NCBI RefSeq assembly: GCF_006345805.1
Contig: NC_043000.1
Coordinates: 11,780,001-11,844,000 of the forward strand
DNA: 64,000 nucleotides
Source of the DNA: Octopus sinensis
Lineage: Eukaryota
Direction of reading: 5' to 3'
Shown here piece after piece: positions 24,760 to 37,098 of this stretch. A program made the translations under genes and the position numbers. The notes under the pieces were generated by a model that worked only from the letters and a program-made list of their open reading frames with translations, had not been told where the DNA came from and made no database searches. Within the stretch, counting starts at the first letter, position 1. Each line of letters opens with the position of its first letter.

Positions 24760-27125
24760 TCAAGTAATTTCTCTTTGAACTTTGTTCGTAACAACGTGTC
24801 AGAGAAAAGAGTATTTCGTGGTGCGATGTATGGAAATTATTCTGTAGAAGAAAAGTAAGCACTTGCTATCGTGGTGAACAAATGCTAAGAGGGGTATGAT
24901 TCTGAAGTAGAGCGAATGAAAAGGAAAACTCATTGGGATGCCAAAAGAAAACGTCATGTCTCAGACATCATCAAACAGGGGTATCTCGCTAAAACAGTTC
25001 GTTTGTTTTACTCGAATTTAGCCGGCGTCAAAAAACTTTGATTGACTATTTGATTCTTACTTGTTAAAGTAGCCAAAGGCTGCTATGAAAAATATCTGAA
25101 AGGCGAACTTGACAGCGCTGAAAAAAAATCCAAAGAAACGTTTCAGAGTCGCTGGAAGAGGTCGTAAAACAAAAGCAGAGACGCCTTGTTTGAATGGTTT
25201 GTGGATGCTAGAACATCGCTGAATGCGAGATTCCCACAAGCTCTTTTCCTATAATAGGCTGAGAAATTTTATGAGGAGTGAATCTGCCAACACCCAGACA
25301 CACCAACCGAGGAAAAGCTTTGTATTTCAAAAAGCTGGATGTAAGTTTGGCAAAAAGAGTATGGGGTATCACTGAAATTTCCAAACAAACGCATTTTAAT
25401 CTCCAAAGAACAATGTGCTGAGTAAATTCAGGATTATTTGAAGAACATATGGAGTGTGCGTCGTTATTTCCTTCAGAATTTTGGCGTAGACCCTCTCCTA
25501 TTATCAATGGAGATCAAATGTCCTTGCACCGGAATGAAAGTAGCGGACAAGCTACCTTATCATTCAGAAATCAAGATACGTTCGTCAAAGAAAACCACCA
25601 TTTGGCTAGGGAACGTATCAGAGTGTTCGCCCAGGTTAGCAATGATACCAAAATCAATCTTATCCAAGAGTCTGTATTTAAAGGAACTGGGAAAAGACCA
25701 CCGCTACTGAATGTCCTGCCTACAATGAAATATTAATGGTCTCCTAAAGGTTCTTATAGATTAGAATAGTCGCTCTGTTCTATTGAAAACCTGCCAAACC
25801 AATTCAATATGCTTTCAAATGCAAACTTTGTCATTTATGTGCTCGATGATTACAAGGTGCATTTGATGCCGGAGGTGAGAGACCTCTGGAAAATGGGTTA
25901 TGTGCTAGTTATCATCAGCAGTGATATCACTTAAAGCGGCCAGCTGGCAGAAACGTTAACACGCCGGGCGAAATGCTTTGCGGTATTTCGTCTGCCGCTA
26001 CGTTCTGAGTTCAAATCCGCCGAGGTCGACTTTGCCTTTCATCCTTTCGGGGTCGATTAAATAAGTACCAGTTACGCACTGGTCGATATAATCGACTTAT
26101 TCCGTTTGTCTGTTCTTGTTTGTCCTCTCTGTGTTTAGTCCCTTGTGGATAGTAAAGAAATAGGTATTTCGTCTGCCATTACATTCTGAGTTCAAATTCC
26201 GCTGAGGTTGACTTTGCCTTTCATCCTTTCGGGGTCGATTAAATAAGTACCAGTTACGCACTGGGGTCGATATAATCGACTTAACCCGTTTGTCTGTTCT
26301 TGTTTGTCCCCTCTGTGTGTAACCCCTTGTGGGCAGTAAAGAAATAGGTATCACCGGATTTATTTAAGTTAACCACACGCACTTGCACAAACAACTGAAA
26401 GCAAAATATCGCGAAATAGAGAAAGCAAAGATGCTAGAAAAGTTAGTTCAAACTCCGAATAAAATATCCACGCCCAATCGATCCGAGATGATGCAGATGC
26501 TACATCAAGTACATGCAGATTGCAAGATTGATGTCGAAGCTGATTTCAAGTGTAGGCCAGAAACGTTTTTGATGGCTCTGAAGATTATAAGGTGTCTGAC
26601 CGAATCATGCACCTTGTCGGTCCGTCGATGCGAGAGTTTCGTCTAGAGATGATGTCAAAACCAGGTCCAAATACTATTAAGAGAGTTATTAAAAACTTAA
26701 TTCCATCGAAAGGGGTCAAGCGTGCAAACAATATTGAAGACTCACAACTATTTGATGGTGACGGCATTGAATAAAAAGCTGCCGAAAGTGAATCAGAAGA
26801 TGAAAGCAAGTCATCCAGGAATCTTTTGGAGGTGATTGACCCATTAGGAGACATCCCCATAGAGGTTTCTCAGGAGCCAAAGCACAGTCGGCCAAACATG
26901 ATGACTGGAAGCTCTATCTCTCTTCTAGGAATCAGCAGTAATGATCAGGTCAATAAAGATGCCTTATTCCTTGAAAAAATACAGGTGTTGGATGAAAACA
27001 AGACCTTTTACACTCTCATTGCCATATTGAAGCAAATTCATGTCAACTGTCAGTGAAGCTCGGCGATCCGTAAAGAAGCGAATATCAAAACCGACAAACC
27101 TGCAGAAGGACATTGACGAAAAATC
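24760..27125 (+). pseudogene. pogo/DDE_1-type transposase pseudogene with stops and frameshifts, interrupted by SINE-B1
   Basis: YSVEEK..., KRFRVAGRGRK, LFEWFVD (CENP-B-like HTH), INGDQM, YVLDDY, GFI*VNH (third D lost, ~34 codons after the second), acidic C-terminus. Confidence 0.85.
25932..26348 (+). mobile_element. SINE-B1 dimer inserted in the transposase
   Basis: TSD tatcac at 25925-30 and 26349-54; removing it restores ...DITGFI. Confidence 0.9.
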
Positions 27126-27208
27126 ACTCGTCTATCGTTTATATCTACAGAATGCTATGTTTTATTATGTATAGTGTAATAAATACGCAAGTTCACGAAA
27201 CGGTAATT

Positions 27209-27427
27209 GGCAGAAACGTTAGCGCGCCGGGCGAAATGCTTAGCCGTATTTCGTCTGCCGCTACATTCTGAGTTCAAATCCGCCGAGGTCGACTTTGCCT
27301 TTCATCCTTTCGGGGTCGATTAAATAAGTACCAGTTACGCACTGGGGTCGATGTAATCGACTTAATGCCTATGTCTGTCCTTGTTTGTCCCCTCTCTGTT
27401 TAGCCCCTTGGGGGTAATAAAGAAATA
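27209..27427 (+). mobile_element. SINE-B1, 5'-truncated
   Basis: TSD ggtaatt at 27202-08 and 27428-34. Confidence 0.9.
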
Positions 27428-28849
27428 GGTAATTATACTCATTTCATTGTGTTTTACTTTCTTTTTAAGAGGTGTTGCTTGTATCAATATCTGTTTTGTC
27501 CACAGCATTTAAAAAAAAATACCATAATTATCAAATGTCTTATTTTTATTATTCATATATATATCTTAACTAAAGTGAACGTTCCAAGCACACGTATATG
27601 CTAATTTCACTTGCCTCGTAGTGTCGCTATATGTGCTTTAAGATGCTTTCCCCCCCCTAATTTTCGTACATACACTATATAGTTACCCCCTTATATGAAT
27701 TTAAGCAAATTTCCAACCAACCCGCTTATTCCAAAACCCACTATTATTTTGGACCCGAGAGTAAATAACTCGATTTTTAAAAAGTCAAGGAAGACAATCT
27801 AGAAAATTTTAAAATTTTATACAGTTACCACTATACAATTTCCGAATTTCCACCCCACCCCGATTATTCCAACCCAGCCGCTTATATGAATTTTAGTAAA
27901 TGTCCAACCTACCTGCTTATTCCACACCACCCCCTATTATTTGGAATCCAAGAGTATATACGACAGGCTTCTTTCAGTTTCTGTCAACCAAATCTTCTCA
28001 CAAAGCTCGAGGCTATAGTAGAAAAACACTTGTCTATGGTGCTACGCAGTGGGACTGAACCCGGAACTACGTGGTTGGGAAGCGAGCTTCTTACCACACA
28101 ACTACGACTGTATATGTATATATATATATATATTAGTGACGACTCCGGCACTCGTGCTGTTCGGTCTTAGCCCGAGTATAAATTTAGTAAAGTGAACGTG
28201 TATTTTGAAGCTGATTTAATTTCTGCCAACACTGGCTTCAAGTATATAACTGCAGCCAATAACTCGAGCTCCCTTTATTGAGCCTGGTCGCAGTTCATTT
28301 ATTTTCCTTCGGCGTCTGGCGGTTGTCTTAGAGGTGCTCTGTGTCAAAAAATATCATTCTTAGCAGACGTTCTCTCGACATCGTTCACACGCGCCTGACT
28401 CGGGCTCAGAAGTTACAGCCCGAGTTGTTAACTATAATCATAAAAATTAAAAGTAATTCAAATTCAATTCTTGAGACAATAAATTAGGATTTAAATTCCA
28501 ATGTATTAAAAGTTTCCGTTCTGCAATATTCCTAAAGGAACGAAAAATTATCCAGTAATTCGGCCTGATACAAATTAGCCTGGTGGGTGTAAAAGACTAA
28601 CTGTGCGTCTGTGTAAAGATCAGTTGTATTTTGCAGAGTTGCTTTATTTTTACCCTTAACTTAGAAATTGAGGAAGACAGTGCTAGATGTATAAAAAATA
28701 AAAAAAACCCAGCTATTTGAGGCTAGAAATAAAACGGAGAAACGCGAAATTCTTCGGGCAAGCATGTCTTAGGTGAAATCTATGATGAACCCGAGTGACG
28801 CTGATGACTGATATATATATATATATCATACTATATATATATATATAAC

Positions 28850-29160
28850 GGGAAGCTTTATGAAAATAGACAAAAGACGAAGGCAGGTTTACGGAAATAA
28901 ACAAAAGACGAAGGCAGGTTTACGGAAATAAACAAAAGACGAAGGCAGGTGGAATACAAACAAACAATTGTATTAGTATGGCGCTCAGGAAATATAAATA
29001 AAACAAGTCTTTAATATATATATATATACTCTTTACTCTTTTACTTGTTTCAGTCATTAGATTGACGCTCGGGAAGGTGAGAAGGTCTTTACGTTTCGAG
29101 CCTTCGCTCTTCACAGAAGGAAAATAAACAGAGAGAATAAGAAAAAAAACCTTGTGCATC
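28850..29160 (-). mobile_element. Family E, two overlapping fragments split by (TA)n and a SINE-A tail
   Basis: Minus strand ctg-tga-a-gagcgaaggctc-gaaacgta at 29086-29120; ~31-bp tandem repeat at 28870-28950. Confidence 0.65.
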
Positions 29161-29181
29161 TAGCCGTCAATCATGGTGACT

Positions 29182-29234
<53 letters not shown>

Positions 29235-29252
29235 ATATATATATATTATATA

Positions 29253-29283
<31 letters not shown>

Positions 29284-29294
29284 ATATATATTTA

Positions 29295-29337
<43 letters not shown>

Positions 29338-29344
29338 ATTATAT

Positions 29345-29645
29345 TATATTTGATATTTATTTCGATAGGTTTCAGCCATTATTGGCCCAGGCCATGTCTA
29401 ACTTAGTAGCACCGTCTGATGACGTCATTTATATTAGGAATCGGACAGCATGCCCCTCTCGAATAGAGAGTTATCGTTTGCGGAAATACATCCAGAAGTA
29501 GGAGGTTTATCCAGGAACTCTTAAAGGAATTTGTCCAAAGGCTTCTTCAACTCTATAGGGTATGTTTCTGCTTTAATGAGTTTCGGTGTAATGTTAAAGG
29601 AAGCGGGAGCCAATTGAAGTGAAATAATTGTGTCGTATTGTTTTT
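29345..29645 (-). mobile_element. CR1-type LINE 3' end fragment
   Basis: Minus strand APASFNITPKLIK...LKKPLDKFL*EFLDKPPTSG...NDNSL; tail cggtgct..catggcc..tggctgaaac. Confidence 0.7.
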
Positions 29646-30325
29646 ATGAGATGCGAGTGACTTGTGTGTGCGCGCGCGCGCGTGTATGTATATGTATATA
29701 TGTATGTGTATATATATGTATGTATATGTATATATATGTGTATATATATGTATGTATGTATGTATATATGTATATATATGTATGTATGTATGTATATTTA
29801 CTCTAAGTTGTGAATGTCCTAAAGACTGAAACCGGTACTAAAATGTTCTTCATGATAATTTATTTTAGCATTTTCTACCTTGTCTTATTTTCCTTATACA
29901 AATCAACTCGTGTGCTCCTTTTCAACCTTTTACACACACACACAACACACACAAACACACACAAACACAAGTAAGTTTATCTTAATCTTTTTGATGCGAC
30001 TCTATACTGTTTCCCCACCCCCATATTTTTCTTCCCTTCATCCTTTTCTAGCTGTCTCTCACTATCTCCTTTCTCTTTTCTCTCTCTCTCTCTCTCGTTG
30101 CTCACACGTGACCGTCGTCCAGCTTTCTTTTCCTCGCGTGATCATCTTTTGCTTCAAGACTGTCCTAAGGACTGGACGTATTCTATCTCTCTCTTCTATC
30201 TTTTCTCTTTTCAAAGAAAATATTCCTGCAGCGTTTGTTTCTCTCACTGTTTGTGAATTGGACTCATTTGTTGTCGTCTTTTCATTTTGTTTACTGTAGG
30301 TAAGGTCCTGTACCCATATATGCAT

Positions 30326-30372
<47 letters not shown>

Positions 30373-30393
30373 ATATATATATCTATATATATA

Positions 30394-31023
30394 TGAGACA
30401 CAATGAGACCAAATGCTTCAGCTTTGGTAAACCTTTTTCTCAGTCGTCTGGACTACTGGCCCAACTGTGGTCCCTACAGAGTGTAAAACTAATTGCGGAA
30501 CTAGAAGCGATTCAACGCCACTTCACAAAGAAGATAGACTCAGTAAAACACATAGGTTACTGACAGAGATTGCGGGAACTGGAACTCTACTCTCTGGAGA
30601 GGAGACGTGAGAGATATGCAGTGCTATACATGTGGAAAATAATGGAGGGTCTGGCTCCAAATTTTGGAATTAAAATCTACAACAATCCCCGACCTAGACT
30701 GCACCACACAGGACCACAGGTCTCATGTTATCCATCGAGGATATGAACCCAATATTGTAATAACCTGGGATTCAAGGGACCACAACTTCTTAATGCCCTA
30801 CCACAGAAGATCAGTGTAGACATGGAGGTCTTCAAAAAACGTCTAGTCAGCTTTTTATCTGCAATTCCAGATGAACCTACATCATGGCAGGAGGCACAAA
30901 GAAAAGCGACAACATCCAACTCGCTACTTCACCAGAAGCAATACTGGAAAAATCTCCAGACGCAGTAAAGGCGGTGCACCAGCATGGCCTCAGCCTCTGG
31001 CTGAAACCCATAAAAGATAAAAG
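30394..31023 (+). mobile_element. CR1-type LINE 3' end (ORF2 C-terminus + tail)
   Basis: LSRLDY, ELEAIQRHFTKKI, LELYSLERRRERY, GPQLLNALP, IPDEPT, SNSLLHQ; stop at 30966-68; tail aaggcggtgcaccagcatggcc...taaaagataaaag. Confidence 0.9.
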
Positions 31024-32096
31024 ATGTATACATATATATGTGTGTGTGTGTGTAGGTGTATATATATGAATGTATATATGTATATATTTGTGTGTCTGTA
31101 TTTGTTGCCCCACTTGACAACCGATGTAGGTGTGTTTATGTCGTTGTAACTTAGCAGTTCGGCAAAAGCGACCGATAGAATAAGTATAGGCTTCCAAAGA
31201 ATAAGTTCTGGGGTTAATTTCTTTGACTAAAGGCAGTGCTCCAGTCTGGCTGCAGTTAAATGACTGAAATAAGTAAAATAATGTAGAATAAAGGAATTGA
31301 ATCGACTCTGTTGCCGAATTGCTAAGTGACAGAAGCGTAAACAAACCATCACCGGTTGCTAAGCCGAATTGCTAAGTGACAGAAGCGTAAACAAACCATC
31401 ACCGGTTGGAACAGACACAAACACAAAAGCTAAGTGTGTGTATGTGTCAGTGTGTGTATGTATCTGTTGCCTTCCATGTCATTGATAATAATAAAAATAA
31501 TAAGGAATATAATGGTAATAATGTAGTAGGTTTACTGGCGATGTACTCAAAGCATGGCGTTTGATTGTGTATTCCTTCAGGGAATAAATGTGGTAGGCTT
31601 CGAACGGAAATGACATCAGTTCCTTTGTGTACATGTATTAAGAAGAAAAACTAATGAAACTGAAACATCTTGTACTATAATGATGTTAGTCCACCCGGTT
31701 ATCTTCAGCACAAACACTCTACAGCCGGAAGGAAGTTAAGACAGAATAGATTTATTTTAACTACTATTAAGATACACGCACATACATGCATATATGTATG
31801 TATGTAAGCGCACATGTGCATGCATACAAGCGTGCTTATCTATAATATATAGTACATGCACGCACTCATACATCTTACTAACTCCATGACCTACACCAGA
31901 ATTAAAAGCTTTGTTCACATCCGTGCCTATGTTTTTCAGTTATTGACTCCCATGTTGTCATGCCTGACACTTCTGATCTCCCTGTTGAGACTCCAGTATT
32001 TAACCATTTCTTCTTCGAGCGATTCTTCATCTCTCACATGTGTCTCCACACACACACACATTAATGTTTGTTTTTATGTTCTGTTATAATAAATGT

Positions 32097-32479
32097 GGAG
32101 GCACAATGGCCCAGTGGTTAGGGCAGCGGACTCGCGGTCATAGGATCGCGGTTTCGATTCCCAGACCGGGCGTTGTGAGTGTTTATTGAGCGAAAACACC
32201 TAAAGCTCCACGAGGCTCCGGCAGGGGATGGTGGTGATCCCTGCTGTACTCTTTCACCACAACTTTCTCTCACTCTTACTTCCTGTTTCTGTTGTACCTG
32301 TATTTCAAAGGGCGAGCCTTGTCACACTCTGTGTCACGCTGAATATCCCCGAAAACTATGTTAAGGGTACACGTGTCTGTGGAGTGCTCAGCCACTTACA
32401 CGTTAATTTCACGAGCAGGCTGTTCCGTTGATTCGGATCAACCGGAACCCTCGTCGTCGTAACCGACGGAGTGCTTCCA
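32097..32479 (+). mobile_element. SINE-C, full length
   Basis: tRNA-like head (A-box tggcccagtggtt, B-box ggtttcgattccc); tail ggaaccctcgtcgtcgtaaccgacggagtgc. Confidence 0.95.
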
Positions 32480-33253
32480 AGTCAAAGACATTTGCCCAAA
32501 GTACCACACGATGGGCCTGAACTTCAAACTATGTTGTTGAGAAGCAAGGTTCTTACCACAGAGCCACGCCCTATGCCTGTGGCGGCATGGAAAGACTTTG
32601 TTGAATTTTGTCATTAGTGATGATTTCAGAAAGAAATGGTGTTGAACATTTTCTTAGAAAACTGCAATGAAAGCATTACTAAAATATTGATCAGTGATTA
32701 GTGCAGTGGTTTTCCACCATTTTATTCTGCTGGACACCTTCGATTCATATTTCTTTTGAGTGATCCCTATAGCCATTCAATGTTTAAACAAAAACCTATT
32801 GTATTTTTATAATTAAATACTATTAGGAATTGTATTTAAAAAAAATTTTTGTTAAAATGTTTTGTGTATTGTAGAAATATAATCAAATATACTTTTCTCC
32901 TCTAGACACAAGGCTTGAAATTTTTGAGGAGGGGGGGAAGTCGATTAGATCAGCCCCAGTATGCAACTGGTACTTAATTTATTGACCTCGAAAGGATGAC
33001 AGACAAACTCGACCTCGGCAGAATTTGATCTCAGAACGGCGCGCTAAAATTTCTGCCGGCTCACCGCCTTGATATAATCAAATATAGGCGCAGATATAGC
33101 TGCGTGGTAAGAAGCTTGCTTCATAACCACAAGGAGCCGGGTTCAGTCCCACTGAGTGGCACCTTGGGCAAGTGTCTTCTATTTTAGCCTTGGGTCGAGT
33201 AAAGCCTTGTGAGTATATTTGACAGGCAGAAACTGAAAGAAGCCCGTCGTATA

Positions 33254-33316
<63 letters not shown>

Positions 33317-33989
33317 TTAGGGAGTATAACTCCAAACTTACAGGGAGAAATTCAATTTAGTATTAAATCAAATTTCACAGTATAAATATATAAAATATAA
33401 ATTAGAGATAAAACCACTATTATGCAACTTAAACAGTGATAGACTAAACCAATACATAATTACCAAAAATTTTTAGATTGTTTATTACTATATTTGTGTG
33501 ATTATAATTTAGATACTTATTTTTATGTATTTATTATTTTATAATTATTAGATGTGAACTTAAATCTAAAAATATTAATAGTGATTATTTTGTTAAATAA
33601 TTTGGTAATTAAATATTGGAGTATAACTGAGTCAAAGATATTCGAGAGTTTATTATGTTTTTATAAAGCCATATTATATCTTCATAGATAAATACATATT
33701 TCTATCTATTTTTTTTACCTTAAAAATTAAAAATTAAATATTTAACACAATAAATGTCTTGTAGGAAATAATCCTAATGGTTTAAGTTTATAATTTAGTT
33801 AATGGAGTTTTTTCTATAAGAAAAATTATTATTATTCATTTATTTCTTAAATAAATATTGTTTAACTCTATTTGTTTATTTATTTAACTATTATCAGATT
33901 GACTATAATTTTAAATCGAATTTATTTCAATTGAATTTAAACTTAATTGTAATTCAAATTTTATTGTAGCCAGGAAATTTATGTAGTGT

Positions 33990-34081
33990 TTCCGCATAGC
34001 TCAGTCGGTAGAACATCAAACTTTTATAGGTCAACCTTAGAAGTAATCTGAGGGTCGCGGGTTCGAGTCCCTCTGCTAAAC
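33990..34081 (+). tRNA. tRNA-Lys(UUU)-like gene or pseudogene with a 19-nt intron (34027-34045)
   Basis: tagctcagtcggtagaacatcaaa-ctttta[taggtcaaccttagaagta]a-tctgagggtc-gcgggttcgagtccctc; one mismatch in each of the D, anticodon and T stems, acceptor 5/7; T runs at 34095 and 34103. Confidence 0.75.
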
Positions 34082-34807
34082 GATTTATCATTCATTTTAT
34101 ACTTTTTGAGATCTAGTTATAAGTTATATATTTAAAACAAAAATAAAAAAAAAATTATATATATATATATATATATTTGTTATTTATGTATTGGTTTATG
34201 TCTATCACTGTTTGAGTTGCATAATAGTGGTTTTATCTCTAATTTATATTTTATATATATATATATACACACACTCACACACACACACATATATATATAT
34301 AATTAAAGAGGTATTAAAGAATTTTCTTTGTCTTCTTTTTCTTTACATTGGATATATATGTGGTGTGTGTGTGTGTGTGTGTGTCTCCATCACTGCTTTA
34401 TAACCGGTGTTGATGTGTTTATGTTCCCATAACTTAACAGGTTGGCACAAGAGACTTATAGAATAAGTTTGAGGATTAATAAATAAGTCCTGGGGTAGGT
34501 TTCTTCAACTAAAACCTTCAAAGCAGTGCTCCAGCATGGGCGCAGTCAAATGACTGAAATAAGTAAAAGAATAGAAGAATAAATCTTAACAGCAAAATCT
34601 TAGATGGAGACCCCAAGGGCGATTTGGACCCTGGTTGAGAACAACTGGATTAGTGAAAGACTATTTGGTGATAAGGATGAAATGTAATGCAGGGATGTAA
34701 ACACACCAACATTGGTTGTCAAGTGATGGTGGGGGAATAAACACAGACACAAAAACATATATATACATACATATATATATATATATATACATACATACAT
34801 ACATACA

Positions 34808-34843
<36 letters not shown>

Positions 34844-34970
34844 TATAGATATAGATATATAGATATATAATATATATATATACACACGATCAGCTTCTTT
34901 CAGTTTCCATCTACCAAATACATTCATAAGGCTTTGGTTGACCCGAGGCTATAGTAGAAGACACTTGCCC

Positions 34971-35013
<43 letters not shown>

Positions 35014-35344
35014 ATAGATAGATAGATAGATAGATAGATAGGTAGATAAATAGATAGATAGACTGAGAGAGAGGAGGGGGCAAAGAGAGTATATGATACT
35101 GGATAAAGGGAGAGAGGTATAGAACAAAGGGAGAGTCTAATGAATGTGATTTAAAACAGAGAGAAAATATTTTAGAACAGAAAGAATTTGAGACTAAAAC
35201 ATTTGTGGATAGGGACTATGATTATGGTTATATAACATAGGGAAAGATTGCGAATGTGAGAGAAGTGGGGGGGGGGATAAAAAGGTAGATAAATAATGTG
35301 AAATAACAATAGAGGGTGTGTGCTTATAAGAAAGGAAGGTATTG

Positions 35345-35350
35345 TGACAT

Positions 35351-35401
<51 letters not shown>

Positions 35402-35830
35402 GTGGGAAGGAAGGAAGAGAGAAAGAAAGAGAGAGCGAGAAAGAGAGAAGGAGAGAGAGAGAAAGAAAGAGAGACAGAAAAGAGAGAAAGAAAGAGAGAC
35501 AGAAAAGAGAGAAAGAAAGAAAGAGAGAGAGAAAGAAAGAAAGAGAAAGAAAGAAAGAAAGTAAGAAGGAGAGAGAGAAAGAGAAAGAAAGAGAAAAAGA
35601 AGGAAAGAGGGAAGGAAAGAAAAGAAGAAAGTAAGAAAGAAAGAAAGCGAAAACAAAGCAGGAAAGAAAGAAAAGAGAGAAAGAAAGAGAAAAAGAAGGA
35701 AAGAAAAGAGAATGAAAGAAAGAAAGGGAAAAGGGAGGAAAGAAATGAAGAATAAGAGAAAGAAAGAAAGAAAGAAGAAAAGAAGGCAAGAGCAAAAACA
35801 GGAAAGACATAAAGAAAGAAAGAAAGAAAT
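35345..35830. repeat. (AAAG)n/(AG)n polypurine tract
   Basis: Direct reading. Confidence 0.95.
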
Positions 35831-36014
35831 GATAGGCACCAGCATAGGTGCGTGGTTAAGAAACTCACTTTGTAACAATGTGGTCGTAGGTTCAGTCCCA
35901 CAGCAGGGCATCTTGCCACAAGCTAACCAATGATGGTGAATTTGGTGAAACTGTGTGGAAGCCCGCCGTACATACTACACACATGCATATATACATACAT
36001 GTATGTATGTTTTA

Positions 36015-36054
<40 letters not shown>

Positions 36055-36375
36055 TTTGTGCTTGCTCAATTCCACCGTTTCACAGCTGGTTTTGGTTTTG
36101 TCTACATTCCCATAACTTAGCGGTTCGGCAAAAGAGGTTGATTGCATAAGTACCAGACTTCAAGAAAATAAGTAACTGAGATGATCTGCTTGAGTAAAAT
36201 TCTTCAAGGAGTTGTGTCCCTCCATGGCTGCAGTCCAATGACTGAAACGAGTAAAAGAGAGAAAGAAAGAAAAAAGGCAAAGGAAGAGGGAGAGAGAGAG
36301 AGAGAGAGTGGTGTGTGTGTGATCAGACTGAGAGTGCATTGAGAATTTTGCATATTTTATTTAGTAGATCATCGC

Positions 36376-36504
<129 letters not shown>

Positions 36505-36518
36505 AATATATATAATAT

Positions 36519-36780
36519 TTGTGCCGGTGGCACATAAAAAGCAACCAACCGATCGTGGCCGATGCCAGACCCCTCTGGCACCTGTGCAGGTGGCACGTAA
36601 AAAGCACCCACTACACTCGCGGAGTGGTTGGCGTTAGGAAGGGCATCCAGCTGTAGAAACACTGCTAGATCAGACTGGAGCCTGGAGCAGCCCCTGGCTC
36701 CCCAGACCCCGGTCGAACCGTCCAACCCATGCTAGCGCAGAAAACAGACGTTAAACGATGATGATGATGATGATGATGAT
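36519..36780 (+). mobile_element. Element D (RTE-associated-type short retroposon)
   Basis: tgtgccggtggcac...ggcgttaggaagggcatccagctgtagaaac...ggacgttaaac(gat)n. Confidence 0.8.
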
Positions 36781-36799
36781 ATATATATATATATATATG

Positions 36800-37050
36800 T
36801 TGTTGTATTTCAGAATGGTCATTTTGCCAGCTTAGCCAATAAAAACACACGCACTATATATTTGGTGTTACTTTGCTTCAGCGTTATTTATTTTTTTACA
36901 TTAATCTTAATCTTTTTTCAGCCAGAGTTCTTTTGTCACACTCCTGTGACCGCATCAGTGGTCCTTTGCTGAAGGAAAGTAACACCAAATATATAGTGCG
37001 TGTGTTTTTATTGGCTAAACTGGCAAAATGACCATTCCTAAATACAACAA
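36800..37050. mobile_element. Foldback/MITE-like element, ~83-bp arms
   Basis: 36800-36882 vs 36968-37050 inverted; the inner 69 bp have 2 mismatches. Confidence 0.85.
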
Positions 37051-37098
37051 TATCTGTTTCAACACACGATTTCACATCAAAAATCTTGCAAAACAAAT

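Larger units (their letters stand above)
23602..27761 (+). mobile_element. pogo-like (Tc1/mariner superfamily) DNA transposon, decayed
   Basis: Left ctctggggtcgtgaataat vs right reverse complement ctctcgggtccaaaataat, TA after 27761; C-rich subterminal cttatt repeats at both ends; internal transposase. Confidence 0.75.

Noticed and set aside
25990-26080. HDV-like ribozyme in the SINE-B core or element D
   Set aside because: Could not assemble the nested double pseudoknot (P1/P1.1/P2/P3 with the catalytic C) by hand.
33330-33960. Very AT-rich block as a possible NUMT
   Set aside because: No recognisable mitochondrial gene or rRNA motif; the adjacent tRNA is nuclear-type; the start matches a repeat also seen at 3790-3825.
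33990-34081. G-to-A hypermutation (deaminase signature) in the tRNA pseudogenes
   Set aside because: The Asp copy also shows C-to-T changes; consistent with ordinary GC-to-AT decay, and too few sites.
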